DNA of 60,482 nucleotides, filler included, from Phyllobates terribilis (taxonomy: Eukaryota): assembly GCF_046119375.1 (NCBI RefSeq). It is 2 parts of one record of this genome, joined end to end, with 100 filler letters (N's around TTAATTAATTAA, not from the genome) between each part and the next. Parts side by side here need not be neighbours in the genome. Positions count along the whole stretch, not along the records: positions 1 to 28,482 come from NW_027362768.1; 1 more part is not named here. The stretch is one strand, 5' to 3'. The position numbers and the translations under genes are program-made. Shown here in pieces: positions 10,629 through 23,460 of this stretch. Positions within the stretch are counted from its first letter, which is position 1; every line of letters begins with the position of its first letter. The notes beneath the pieces were generated by a model. The model was given only the letters and a program-made list of their open reading frames with translations. It did not search any database and was not told where the DNA came from.

Positions 10629-13600
10629 ATGGGGACCTTGGGTTATCTCCAGGCTTCTACCCATTTACATATCAACATTGTCCTGGCAAGTCAATATTTT
10701 ATAATTCTTCAAAAAAAAAATACACACTTTTTCTAGATATCGTGGCATTACATTATAATTCATAATATATAGCATCAATCACCATCCATTTTTGACTTTT
10801 AAAACAGGATATTGCTTGTTAACCTACAAAAAAACATATGTACCATCAATGAATCTATATTATACATGGAAATATTTATTTCCAGCTTTGTAAATAAATT
10901 CTATACATTACTAAATTTTGAAATTTATGGTCTTTAAGAGGTGACAAAGTGAAAACTTTGAGATGACCACCTAAACTTACAATGAAAAATAGTTTAGAGT
11001 GGTGGACCTCATGAAGACATGCATACACATAGGACTTGAGGGGATTAAAGAACCAATTGTGAAAAATCTGGTCTGGATTAGAGGTGGTCTTATCAAAGAA
11101 CTGGTCATTCAGAGAGGTTTAATATCCTATGACTGAAATATCTAATTATGGATACTAAGCCTAAAGAGATGGCCCCTTCCAATGTTAATTTCACAAGTTA
11201 ATCTCTGGGCATGTGTAATATTAGGGTATATGGACATCAAAAAGAGAAGCTTCAGATCAGTTTTACATGCGTTGAGGCAGGGAGAACCTAGAACCAGTGG
11301 CCGCTAAACACCAATGATTAAAGAAGTTGACTTCCATTTGTAAAGGGCTTATTTTTAAAGGAAAATAACTTTTAAAAGTTTCACCTTATTAGATAACTCT
11401 TCTGCCTAAAAATGATTTAAAATACCCAACTTCCTGACCAATCTAAAATTTACATCCAGCTTTTAAAGTTGAAGTCATTCGTAAGACCTGACCATGTCGA
11501 ACAATCTACATTTTTGTTTTCAAAAAAACACAATAGGCGTTAACCAGATCTAAAAAGTTATTACAAGACATGGACTTCAGACAATCAACTAATGAAGTCC
11601 TGCTGACTTAGGACTAGAACAATACAGGTTTAGCCTTGCCATAAATCCCAAATTACAAGGGTCTATAGGAAGTTGCTTAAACGAAAAAAAAAGTAGAGAA
11701 AGCTATATGTACCTGATTCTATTGGGGTATATTATGGACCTAGATTGTCCCTAGAACCAATATTTCTAACATTTCTATAATACTGCATGCAATGAAACAT
11801 GCCAGTCTTTAAGGGAAAATTAATGTATGAAACCAAAAAGTCATTCACATTAGGCTAATATTCTCCTCTGAGTATTTGGTTGAGGTGCTACAGTCTTAAT
11901 ACCTGAAAATGGTATGAAGGGTGTCCCCTGACATATCCATTCACTTAAATCAAGCAAATGAAGTCCAAAAGACGAATCCTTGGACCCAGTTTGACCTCCG
12001 TAGTGGCGGTGTTTGTCTTTTTGGCGGAACACAAAAGCATAGTCTATCAAGCTATTGTATCCTGCAAAAAAAGAACAAACACCACTGTAAAGAAGATCAA
12101 GCAGAGTCCAAATTTTCATCCTTTGGACTCTGTCTCATTAAAGTAAATCAATAAGTTTTCTGACTAATGCTTTTTGGCATAAATAGGTAACCCACCCCCG
12201 ATGGAGAGTATTGACATAATATGAAGCCAACATTACATAGGTGTTGTGTTATGTATTCATACGGTGGAGGTCCAAATGTGGTCAAACATTGATTTGGTAC
12301 TTTCGAATGGGATAATATCCTTGTGTTGTGTTCATGCTTAGCTTCAAAAGTCTCTTTTATTAATTAATTTTATTTTTGGTCAACTAATGGGTTACATGTT
12401 AATCAGGTTTTTCAATATTTATATACAACTGAAGTATAATCAATTTGGAGAAAGTACATACATTGGTCATAATAAGTTGCCAAAATGAAGATGTGAAACA
12501 TAATTCATCTAATTAAAGAAAAATCTAAATTTGTCGAAACTACCCAGGTTACCAAAGAGATTTTGCATTGTAAAGTTTTAAAATTTACTCGCAAATATCA
12601 GTATGTTTTTATTTTTTTGGACAGTAGATAACCTCTTATTTTTATTTCCCTTCCTCAGTTTGTTTTTTTTTTCGTTCACTTTTTGAATTTTTTTATTCTA
12701 CCGTAATCCACTGTGGTAAAGTATTGCTTTGTCTGCAAACCAATTTTCCCCGAAATGTTGCTAATGTGGAAAATGACTCTCCGTCTCATGATTTTATTAT
12801 TTACAAAACGGGACACATTTTCTACCAAATGTAATTAAATAAAAAATGAAAAATTATATAAAAATGTTTAAAAAAAAAAAAAAAAAAGTTTTAGGAAAAA
12901 AAAAAAAACAAGAAATCTCCAACTAAGGAGATATAAACTTTTATAAAATGTCGCATCTCCCCAACATTTGGGGTAGTGACTTGTATTTGAATATAGTATA
13001 CAGCCATTATTTCTTAATCTAGAGCGCTACACTTTCACGTGATCATTCTTTTCCTTCACATTTACTAAAGCGGAAAAATTCATTACAAGTGTAAATAATT
13101 TTCTTGCTTCTGAAAACTTTGTATCTATGGTATATAAATCATAGGATTTTATATTTTCATATAAAGCTATTTTTTTTTCTAGTTTTTTGCCCCACATTTT
13201 CTTTCTTATTGTAGTGCACATAAGATATTTAACATTGAAATCACCTTGAAGAATAAAAAAAGAAAAAAAAAAAAAAAACCTTTAATGAGGGCCAGTGTTT
13301 GTGGAAGTTGGATTTTCTATTTGGTTTATGGTTACCTATAGGTGCAATAGGAATGAAGCATCAGTCATCGACTAGATTTATCTCATCATGGTGTCGATTT
13401 AAAAAATTTTCTTTTCTAAACTTTTTGTAACTTGAATTGTTTTGCTTTTTTTGTTCACTCTAAAATAATATCAAATCATATTATAGTGTTATTTAATATG
13501 TAAATTGTATTGCGATACATTAAATAAAGTATGGTTTTTGATGTAAATTTGTTTTTTCCTGGAATCTTTACAATCTGTACAATGTGCCTTTTAAAACAAG

Positions 13601-13946
13601 AAAACGTAGAAATTTCCTCTAAAGTTTACCAAGTCATATTTTAATGTGTTTATTTCTATAACCATTACAAACACAAATTGTCATTGCATGGGTGCATAAA
13701 TACATTCTTTCTTCACTATTTCAAAGTGCTGCCCATCCATTAAAGGGAATCTGTCAATAGGATCAACCCTCCTTAGCTGTCTGCATGGGCATGCAGGTCA
13801 TAGAAAATTTAGGAAAACTATACCTCGATGTCTGTAATCTGATGTCTTATTCCTGAGAAATCCACCTTTTTCCTAACATTTACATATTATGATCTATATG
13901 CCGGACATAGATCTCCCTGAGAATCTGCCTCCAGAGCTTATTTTAA

Positions 13947-16658
13947 CCCCTTTACCCCCGAAGGAGGTTTGCACGATAATGACCAGACCAATTTTTACAA
14001 TTCTGACCACTGTCACTTTATGAGGTAATTACTCTGGAACGCTTCAACGGATCCCCCTGATTCTGAGATTGTTTTTTCGTGACATATTGTACTTCATGAT
14101 AGTGGTAAAATTTCTTCGATATCACTTGCGTTTATTTGTGAAAAAATCGGAAATTTGGCGAAAATTTTCAAAATTTAAATTTTTATGCCCTTAAATCAGA
14201 GAGATATGTCACACACAATAGTAAATAAGTAACATTTCCCACATGTCTGCTTTACATCAGCACAATTTTGGAACATTTTTTTTTTAGTAGGGAGCTATAA
14301 GAGTTAAAATTTGACCAGCGATTTCTCATTTTAACAACAAAATTTACAAAACCATTTTTTAGAGACCACATCACATTTGACGTGACTTTGAGGGGCCTTT
14401 ATGACAGAAATACCCAAAAGTGACACCATTCTAAAAACTGCACCCCTCAAGGTGCTCAAAACCACATTCAAGAAGTTTATTAACCCTTCAGGTGCTTCAC
14501 AGGAATTTTTGGAATGTGGAAGAAAAAAATGAACATTTAACTTTTTTCACAAAAATGTTACTTTAGACCCAAATTTTTTTATTTTTGCAGGGATAACAGG
14601 AAAAAATGGACCCCAAAATTTGTGCAATTTCCTCAGAGCACGCAGATACCCCATATATGAAGAAAAACCACTGGGTGCATGGCAGGGTTCAGAAGGGAAG
14701 GAGCGCCATTTGACTTTTTGAATGTAAAATTTGCTTGAATAATTAGCGGACACCATGTTGCGTTTGGGGAGCCCCTGATGTGCCTAAACAGTGGAAACCC
14801 CCCACAAGTGACCCCATTTAGGAAACTAGACCCCTTAGGGAACTTATCTAGATGTATGGTGAGCACCTTGAACCCCCAGGTGCTTCACAGAAGTTTATAA
14901 CATTGAGCCGTAAAAATAAAATTTTCACATTTTTCCAGCAAAAATGTTTTTCAGCCCCCAATTTTGCATTTTCATAAGGGTAACAGGAGAAATTGCACCA
15001 TGCAGTTTGTTGTGCAATTTCTCCTGAGTAAGCCGATACCCCATATGTGGGGGAAAACCACTGTTTGGATGCACGGCAGAGTTCGGAAGGGTAGGAGCAC
15101 CATTTGACTTTTTGAATGTAAAATTTGCTTGAATAATTAGCGGATGTGCCCCTGATGTGCCTTAACTGTGGAAACCCCCACAAGTGACACCATTTTGGAA
15201 ACTAGACCCCTTAGGGAACTTATCTAGATGTGTGGTGAGCACCCTGAACCCCCAGGTGCTTCACAGAAGTTTATAACATTGAACCGTAAAAATAACATTT
15301 TCACATTTTTTCAACAAAAATGTTTTTCAGCCCCCAATTTTGCATTTTCACAAGGGTAACAGGTTGCGTTTGGGGAGTCCCTGATGTGCCTAAATAGTGG
15401 AAACCACCCCACCCTCCCCCCAGTGACTCCATTTTGGAAGCTACACCCCTCCAGAATTTTATCAAGAGGTATAGTGAACATTTTGAACCCAGAGGTACGA
15501 CACTGAATTTGATAACATTAGGTCATCATATTGAATAAGTTGTCATTAGTCTTGAGTGCAAGTGCTCGCTACTTGAGTTTGCATCAGGTACTAGGGTATG
15601 CACCAATATCGCGGGTGCTCATGTGATATGCTCGAGTCCCTGCCCCGCATGTTTTTTTTAGTAGACACCCAAAAAAAAACATGCAGGGATCGCTCGTGCA
15701 TGGTAGGCAATCCTTGCAAGGTTTTTTTGGCTGTATAACAGCTGCAAAACATATGGGGAGGAGACTCGAGCATGTCACTCGAGCACCCGCCATACTCTGT
15801 GCATACCCAAGCACCTGATGCAAACTCAAGTAGCGAGTACTTGCGTTCACTAGTCACCATATCGTCGTCATTTTTTTTTTCTTTACTTCTGAAAAAATCC
15901 CAACCCTAGCCCCAACCCTAGCCCTAGCCCAACATTAACCCAAACCCTAGCACAACCCTAACCCTAAAGTTTATTTTTGACGGCGTTCCTCATGCGGTAT
16001 AAGTGATTAGACGACTTTATTCTTCGGGTCGGTGCAATTACAGCGATGCCAGAATCATATCGGGTTTTTATGATTGTCAGCTGTCACACACTAAAAGACA
16101 CATTTTTTTGCAAAGACTAGTTTTTGCACCGCCATATTTTGAGAGCTATAATTTTTTCATATTTCGGCGGACAGAGTCATGTGACAGCTTGTTTTTTGCG
16201 GGACAAGTTGATGTTTTTATCGGTATCATTTTCGGGCAAATGACATTTTTTGATCGCTTTCTATTCCGATTTTTGGGAGGCAGAATAAACAAAAGCCAAC
16301 AATTCAGGAATGTTTTTTTTTATTTTTATGCCGTTCTGCGTGTGGTAAAATTGATAAGGTAGCTTTATTCTTCGGGTCAGTACGTTTGCAGCGGTACCGC
16401 ATTTTTTTTTCTTTTTTAATATATTTTGTCGCTTTTACACAATAAAAACTATTTTATAGAAAAAAGAATTGTTTTTGCATCGCTTTATTCTGAGAGCTAT
16501 AACTCTTATTTTTCTGTTGTTGGAGCTGTATGGTGGCTAGTTTTTTTGCGGGAAAAGATGATGTTTTCAGTGGTACCATTTTTATTTACATTCATCTTTT
16601 TGATCGCGTTTTATTCCATTTTTTGTTTGGCTGTATGATGATAAAACATAGTTTATGT

Positions 16659-16689
<31 letters not shown>

Positions 16690-17426
16690 CAGTGTTCACT
16701 AAAAGGGTTAACTAGTGGGACAGTTTTATAGGTCAGGTTGATCCAGACGCGGCGATACCAAATATGTGTACTTTTATTGGTTTGTTTGTTTTTTTTTTCC
16801 TAAGATTATTTATTTATGGGTACAATATATATATTTTTTTATTTATTTTTTTTTTTTTATATATATTTTTACAATTTTTTTTTTTCACTTTCTGACATTT
16901 TTATTACTTGTTCACATTGTCCCACTATGGGACTTTCACTTTATGCAGCCTGATCGCATGCATGGCATAGAAAGCAGCAACTCCCTATGCCATGCAGCCT
17001 GTCAGCGCTGCTCAGGGAGAAGTTACTTTGGTCGTGCACTGCGCATGACCAAAGCAACTTCCTGCCTCCTGGTGACCCGGATGTTGTCATGATGACGTCG
17101 GGTCACCATGGCAACATCCGGGAATGGATTCAGACGCCGCTGGACGCCGGCAGAGAAGGTAAGTATCGCGCTTACCTCCTCTTGCCACCGGAATGCTGCG
17201 ATCTATCTCGATCTCAGCATTTCGGGGGTTAATGTGCCAGGAGCGGTGCGGGACTGCTCCCTGCACATAGCACAGGGTGTCAGCTGTGACAATCAGCTGA
17301 CACCCGGCGGCGATCTTGCCCGCACCGCTTGTGTGTGGGCGAAATCGCCAGGGCGTATTGATACGTATCGGGCCCCTAAGGCCCAGGGCACAGATACGTA
17401 CTAATACGCCCTGGGCCAGAAAGGGG
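13947..17426. mobile_element. Non-autonomous piggyBac-like element, 3.5 kb
   Basis: TTAA|CCCCTTT...AAAGGGG|TTAA with no transposase ORF. Contains a ~390-bp internal tandem duplication and telomere-like repeats. Confidence 0.85.
15547..15860. mobile_element. Palindromic hAT-type MITE nested in the piggyBac-like element
   Basis: AGTGCTCGCTACTTGAGTTTGCATCAGGT is mirrored by ACCTGATGCAAACTCAAGTAGCGAGTACT. Flanks GTTGTCAT/GTCGTCAT; right end imprecise. Confidence 0.7.
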
Positions 17427-18766
17427 TTAAATGAAAGAGGGTGTTACTAGTGTGAGACATATAATGACTGACAGTCTACCAGTGTGAGACATATAGATCA
17501 GGAGAGCAGACTGTCAGTCATTACATGTCTCACACTGGTAACTCCCCCTTTCATTTAAAATAAGCTCTGGAGGCAGAATCTCAGGGAGATCTATGTCCGG
17601 CCCATAGATCTTAACAGCTTTACATATTAAGGAAAATGTGCATTTCTCTGGAATAAAACATCCGATCGCAGATATCAAGGTATCATTTTATTCAGCTTCC
17701 TGTGACATACATGCACATATAGATGGCTTAGGAGGGTTGACCCTACAGACAGATTCCCTTTAATGATTTGTGTGTCATAAAATCTACAGTCAGAACTCCC
17801 GAGGCTGGCAATGTTTTTCCATAGGCAGTGTAAGACCCACAGGAATATTACATATAGTAAATCCTTGATGGGCTTAAGATGGTTAGAAAGTAGTAACCAA
17901 TATCTCTTCAAGTGTAAAGTGTTGGAAGTGTGATCCATGATAGTTATAATTTAATATTGGATATCACAAGAGGACTCTGGTGGGTTAAAATTTTAAAGGT
18001 AGTCTAGGACAGGAAAGAAGCTATATTTTTAGTTCAAAGTAGACCAGTCAACAGTTTTTTACAATACATACTGCATACATTAATAGAAATCTCTAACACC
18101 TGATGAGGTTGGTGTACTTACTATGAAAATTTGTCAGATTTGGCTATAGAATTATTTTTCAAAGTTTAGTCTCAATCTCTGCTAAATTAACCTGATTGAC
18201 AACTCCTCAGTGTTCATCCTCCCTCTTGCTGCTGAAATCTCACACTGCTTAGTACAAGCCGCATCTGTCAAGATCGGTGGGTGGGTGGGCACTGAATACA
18301 CTTGAACTCATAAGTGCTCTCTCTCTTTAGGTAGACATAAAGTGTTCATCTTAATATCAGGATTATATTATATATTTCTGACATGAATTTTCAAAGCTAG
18401 TACACCAGCCTTATCAGAAGACTAATTGAATAATATATGCAGGTTGTATTGTGAAATCTGGTGACAAATTCACTTCAAACTTCCACTGCTAAAAAAAAAA
18501 AAAAAGTAACATCACAGATCTGATCTCAATGAACAAAAAGCTTATGTTGAAAACCTTTCTTGATATAAGTTGTGTAACTTATTGACATATTAATAATAAA
18601 TGAAAACTAAAATTATCATCCACTTGAGGGCTGAATTGCAAATCAGCCCCAAAAATCAAAGAAAAAAAAAATAACAGATTGATCCAATTTGCTTGAATTT
18701 CCTCACTGCAACTCAGTATGTATGGCCCTCATGTGCCTATATACACACCTGACAAGGCTAGGCATG

Positions 18767-19342
18767 TATCATGCTAGGTATTCATGCAGCGAATGACAAA
18801 GGGAAAAGGGGGGAAACCCAGCAACTAGGGAAAGGGAGAGTTGAGACCCTTAGGTAGATCTAACAACATCCTGACTCCCCTATTATCCTTAGATAGGTTC
18901 CTCACCTATCGCCGAACAGGATACCTAAACCTTGGCTGTCCCTAGAGCTAGGCCCTAGCTAGGGAGGGGGAGAGGTGAACACTAGTCAGCCCCACTGCAA
19001 CGAAAGACAAACCAGGGAAAAATACAAGGGGAAACACTTAGCTTTGAGAAGACACCAGAGAGATCACGACTACTATCCTCAAAGGAACTCCAAGACTAAT
19101 CTAGCCGACTGCTAGTACACCAGACCTGAACAGAGGAACTTTATCACCGGGGACTCTCTAGAGGCACTGAGGGTTTTTAAAGATCAAGCAAGGGTGCGAT
19201 AATTAGCAGCAGAAGGTGGAGATCACCTCTGTGTCGTAAAGAGAGAAGGATGATGAAAGGATCAAGAAGATGTCTACAAGGCCAAGAGCAGCGACCTTCA
19301 GCTGGATCCAGAATGACTGTCAAACCTGATACACCTGTGACA
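18767..19342. mobile_element. Solo LTR, 576 bp
   Basis: TATCATG (probably decayed TGTCATG)...GTGACA, flanked by a 5-bp direct repeat GCATG. Confidence 0.65.
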
Positions 19343-19710
19343 GCATGTTTCTGATGAGAAAGCACACGGTGTAAACCCCCCCCCCCCCAGACCTAGGTTA
19401 GGGCATCAGTGATATCGCAACATGCTATTAATAGTGACAATGACACAAAGAAAATGAAAAACTAGAGAAGAATCGGTCAGGAAATATAAGGATCATGGGA
19501 TTGAGAGAAAGATACCTAGAGAATAGGAGAGTCCTTAAGATCATTGATTTACGTTGGCTAGATGATCACATGAGTATTCTACCTGAAGATGGCAGTATGA
19601 CTTTGGAAACTATTGATAGTCTTGAAGGTTATACAGTATCAGAAGAATGAGCATAAAAAAGGAAGGAGTGACCAAATAGTGGTGAATCTGGTACAAGGGG
19701 AACAAAACAG

Positions 19711-19820
19711 AGAATAGGGGGGGTTCAAATTCGGGTACAGTTCTGGTATCCGAATCAAACTTTTAACTAAACCTCGGTCTAGTTCCAGAACCCGAACATC
19801 TACGGGTCCACTCATCCCTA
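19711..19820. mobile_element. Right-half remnant of the hAT MITE family seen at 6220 and 10354
   Basis: GAACCCGAACATCTACGGGTCCACTCATCCCTA terminus shared with those copies. Confidence 0.6.
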
Positions 19821-19991
19821 GCCAGAACAGTACGTGGAATAGCCAGAACAGGGTGGAAGAAATTCCTTAAAAATACATGGGGACTCTGCCCAGTTTACCA
19901 AGCACCCAGTACCTTTGTATGAAACTAAACAGTTGAGATTGTCTCTAGGGGAAGAAACGTACATGGCAGTAAAAATTTTCACAGCTGCTAA

Positions 19992-20750
19992 TGACTCGCC
20001 CCCTGGGCCGTGGGGCACGCGGATCCGGGCGATAGGGGAACGATGGGGGTAGTAGTAGTGGCGGCCCGGTCCCGCGGCTCAGGGTGGTCAGACCATTGGT
20101 AGTCTGCTACGTGCTTCAAATAATGTCCGACTACGCCACCCGTGGATTGCGGTTATTAGGAACCGCCGCTGCATGCAGACCGCTGGGGCTGATGAGGTGT
20201 GCAGCTAGGGTAGTGTGACTCCCCACGGGAAGAGTGCGGCCCCAGGGCAGTGTAGTGGATGGTGGGAGTGATGGTGGTGAAGGTCCCAGTACCGGTAGTG
20301 CCGGAAGAGCGAAGAAGCACACGGACAACAAGTTACAGTCCAGGGTCTTTACTCACAGTTCGTTTGTCCCGGGTCACTTCCGTCGGCAGTGACCGCCCGA
20401 GTCGTGCTGCGTCCACCAGGTGTGGGGCTCGGTCAACTCCCAAGCAGTCAAGAGCATGGCACAGGACCCCCTTTAATCCTTTCTCTGGCCTGCCTCACCA
20501 GTGACCCACTTTTGTCCGGCTGCCGCGGACTTGTGCGGTTAAACGTGGGCCCCGTCCTCCGCTGTCCTATATGGTGCCTTCCTAGCAGATTTGATGAGGT
20601 GTCGCACCAATAGATGATCACGATGACCGGTCTTTGGCTGAGGGTTGTTTCTCCTCCACCAACTTGGGATCCGGTACCCTTAATCTGCCTGACCCTTCAC
20701 CCTGGATTCTCGTGGGTTCTTAGGGTCCCTTCCACCTTCTTGTTCCTGAG
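19992..20750 (-). mobile_element. LTR (Gypsy-like) fragment, interrupted at 20751 by the hAT element
   Basis: Reverse complement matches blocks of the solo LTR at 21793-23003 (CCGACTACGCCACCCGTGGATTGCGG; CTTTACTCACAGTTC; GGTGCCTTCCTAGC; terminal TGACTCGCCCCCTGGGCC). Confidence 0.8.
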
Positions 20751-21256
20751 TAGTGTTGAGCCACCCCCGTAGTGTTCGAGTTCGGTTCGGTTCGTCGAAC
20801 ACCCGTGTGTTCGCCGAACTGTTCGTCGAACTGTTCGTCGAACACCTTCGAACACCGTTAAAACCAATGGCAGGCAAACAAAAACACATAGAAACACATA
20901 GAAAACACCTTCAAAGGTGTCCAAAAGCTGACAAACTGCTCAGAAGACACAACTAACACATGGAAAAGTGACAAGTACATATAGTCATGCGAAAATAAAA
21001 GAGGTGGAGGAGTAAAAGGAGGGGGAGACACAGATATAGGCATGTCATGCCCTTCTAAAATCCAAAAAGTGAGAAGCCGACACGGCCAGTCCGCTCCTGC
21101 CCGTGCCACCTCCGTGTCGCCGGGTTTGTGCCAGAGCCGCGGTGAACCCTGATGGCCAGCCCCCCTCTCCCAATACTGGTGCCTGTCCGCTGGTGGGTCG
21201 AGCGAGCCCCCCTGTGGTGGAGGCAGCTCTAAGCTTTTTAATTTAAATTGTCTCTC

Positions 21257-21530
21257 TAATTTGAATGAATACACTTTAAATCCATTTACAAGGATCTATT
21301 GGAGGGCAAGTCTCATGCCAGCAGCCGCGTAATTCCAGCTCCAGTAGCGTCCACTAAAGCTGCTGCAGTTAAAAAGCTTTTATAAGGATCGAGCTCGGCT
21401 GTCCACCGCAAGGCATCCTACTGCCAGTCCCAGCCCCTATGCCTTGGGGTGCCTCCAGATGCTCTTCACTGAGTATCCCATGGTCCCGAAGCATTTCCTT
21501 TGAAAAAATTAATTGTCTAAACTACAGGTG
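21257..21530 (+). pseudogene. Decayed 18S rRNA fragment (universal 515F-equivalent motif through part of V4)
   Basis: CACTTTAAATCC...ATTGGAGGGCAAGTCT..TGCCAGCAGCCGCG-TAATTCCAGCTCCA.TAGCGT...AAAG.TGCTGCAGTTAAAAAGCT...GATGCTCTT.ACTGAGT.TCCC...CCCGAAGC.TTT.CTTTGAAAAAATTA is colinear with vertebrate 18S as recalled. Confidence 0.93.
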
Positions 21531-21635
21531 GTGTAGCTTGCTTAACAGCCGGGATAATCCGCTGACTAGCAGACACTGCTACTAGGCACAAAGTATTTCC
21601 TGGGCTAGATGCAGTTAAAAATTTGTAAGTAGATA

Positions 21636-23460
21636 CTCTCGTTGGATGCTGAGAAAGCATTCCATAGAGTCTCCTGGCACGCCATATATGATTCTCTTAA
21701 AAAGCTTGGGGTAGGGGTCTAGGGGACCCTTTTATAGCCAAAATCACGGCCCTGTATCACAATACGTCACCTAGGCTGAAGATAAATGGAACTGTAGCAC
21801 CGAGGGCTCGGTTGCTACAGACGTATTGCACCTCACCCAGAGGTGTGATATCTCACTCTCAGATAAGGATGGAGTGTGGATCAGGACCCGACACCTGCAT
21901 GCATTACACCACATTGCCGTGGGGCAGGGCGACCAATATGCCCCTGAGATGGGCACGACAGTCCCTGTCCCTGGCTGGAGTGGGGGGAGGGAACACTGAG
22001 GAAGGGGAACCCTGCAGTGCAGGAGCAGGGAGGAAGCAGTTCCTGGGTGCATTGAGAAGGGAGTATAAAAGGTGGGCACCATCTTAGTTCAGTGCAGAGA
22101 AGTCTGAGCAGAAGTGGCAGGGAGCAGGGGCTCTGCATGAGCTCTGCTCCGGAGGCGGGCCTAGTAACAGAGGCCCAGGCCTGCAAGAGGGAGAAGGAAG
22201 GAAGAGGAGCGGAGAAGGCTCCAGGAACGAGGAATGAAGGGATCCCAGGGGTGCGGACGGGCGAGTCGCCACCGCACGCCCGAATCCACCTGCGTGGAGG
22301 GGTCAGGCCAAAGGGGGAGACCGGTCCCCGAACTAGTGGAGGCAGGAAACGACCCTCAGCTAGAAACCGGAGGCTCTGACATTTTATGTGGCGCAGCCCC
22401 TTGCTCCACCCGCTAGGAAGGCACCACATAGGGTCAGGGAAACTGGCGCCAAGTTTACCAAGAGGAGGCCCGAGGCAGCCGGACAGAAGTGTTGGTAAGA
22501 AAGGCCAGACAAAGGACACACAAAGGGGGTCCTGTGAAGCGCTCCAAAGTTATCTGGGAGTTGTCTGAGCCCCTCACCTGGTGAGCACAGTACGACGTGG
22601 GCAGCCGTTACCTGCAGACGTGGTCTGGATAATAAGAACTGTGAGTAAAGGCCCTGAACTGCATCACTGACTCCGTGTCGTTACTGCTGCTGCCCTGCAC
22701 CATCACCCCCATCCTCCGCATACACTGCCCTGAGGCTATACTCCTCCCGTGGGGAGTTATGCTACGCTCTGCTGCACCCACAACACCAGCCTTAGCGGTC
22801 TGCCCTGTAGCGGCGGTTCACTCTGACCGCAATCCACGGGTGGCGTAGTCGGACATTTAAACATCAAAACCACATAAATAGTTCCGCCACTGGTTTGACC
22901 GCCCTGAACCACGGAACCGGATCGCCGCCACGAAGACTACAACCACCAGCATCCACCAAAAAGGGTCCGGCTCCGGGTGTCCCAAGGCCCAGGGGGTGCG
23001 TCAGAACATTTTCATCACCTTTCACAATCACCAATGGGACAAGGCAGGGATGTCCTCTGTCCCCTCTCTTATACATCCTAGTGACGGAGCACCTGCTCTC
23101 ATCAATTCGCCATAACCCCAATATTAGGTGGATTGAGGTGGGAGGCACCGAGTACAAGTGCTCTCTATTTGCTGATGATGTCCTAGTATATATCACTCAA
23201 TCACATATATCCATCCCTGCTGTTATGGCTGAAATAGATCACTTTGTTACATGGTAAAATTTTAAAATCAATGCAGCGAAGTCTGAGGCCCTCGATGTCT
23301 CCCTCCCTAAATCCATATAGGATTCCATCCAGTCCAACTTTCCCTTTGCCTGGCCCTCACAGGGTATCAAATACTTAGGAATTCCTATTCATAGAGACCT
23401 CTCCCATCTATGTTATCTTAATTTTGGGCCCTTTATTGAACAATTCCATACAGACCACGG
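21636..23460 (+). mobile_element. L1-clade RT fragment, split by a solo LTR, truncated at both ends
   Basis: LSLDAEKAFHRVSW...KINGT | FSSPFTITNGTRQGCPLSPLLY...LFADDVLVY...KYLGIPI. The reading frame rejoins exactly when the LTR and one GAAC are removed. Confidence 0.9.
21793..23003 (+). mobile_element. Solo LTR (Gypsy-like), 1211 bp
   Basis: TG...CA ends with a 4-bp TSD GAAC (21789-21792 and 23004-23007). TATA-like GTATAAAA at ~22062. Confidence 0.92.

Larger units (their letters stand above)
13744..17759. mobile_element. T2/Kolobok-like palindromic MITE, expanded by a nested piggyBac-like insertion
   Basis: TTAA|AGGGAATCTGTC...GACAGATTCCCT|TTAA. Removing 13947-17430 restores a palindrome (GAATCTGCCTCCAGAGCTTATTTTAAATGAAA mirrored at ~17550-17580). 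Confidence 0.85.

Noticed and set aside
11000-12350. Possible very old L1 endonuclease remnant on the minus strand
   Set aside because: Only vague motif echoes; I could not build a colinear alignment by eye.
18097-18140. CTGATGA...GAAA hammerhead-like spacing
   Set aside because: Helices II and III do not pair convincingly; it could be chance or a very old relic.
21257-21530. Functional rRNA gene or microbial contamination
   Set aside because: It is a short fragment with substitutions and indels in universally conserved positions, has a vertebrate-type V4, and is embedded in frog repeats.
21771-22568. Several 60-212-aa ORFs in the solo LTR
   Set aside because: GC-rich LTR sequence with no gag, pol or env motifs.
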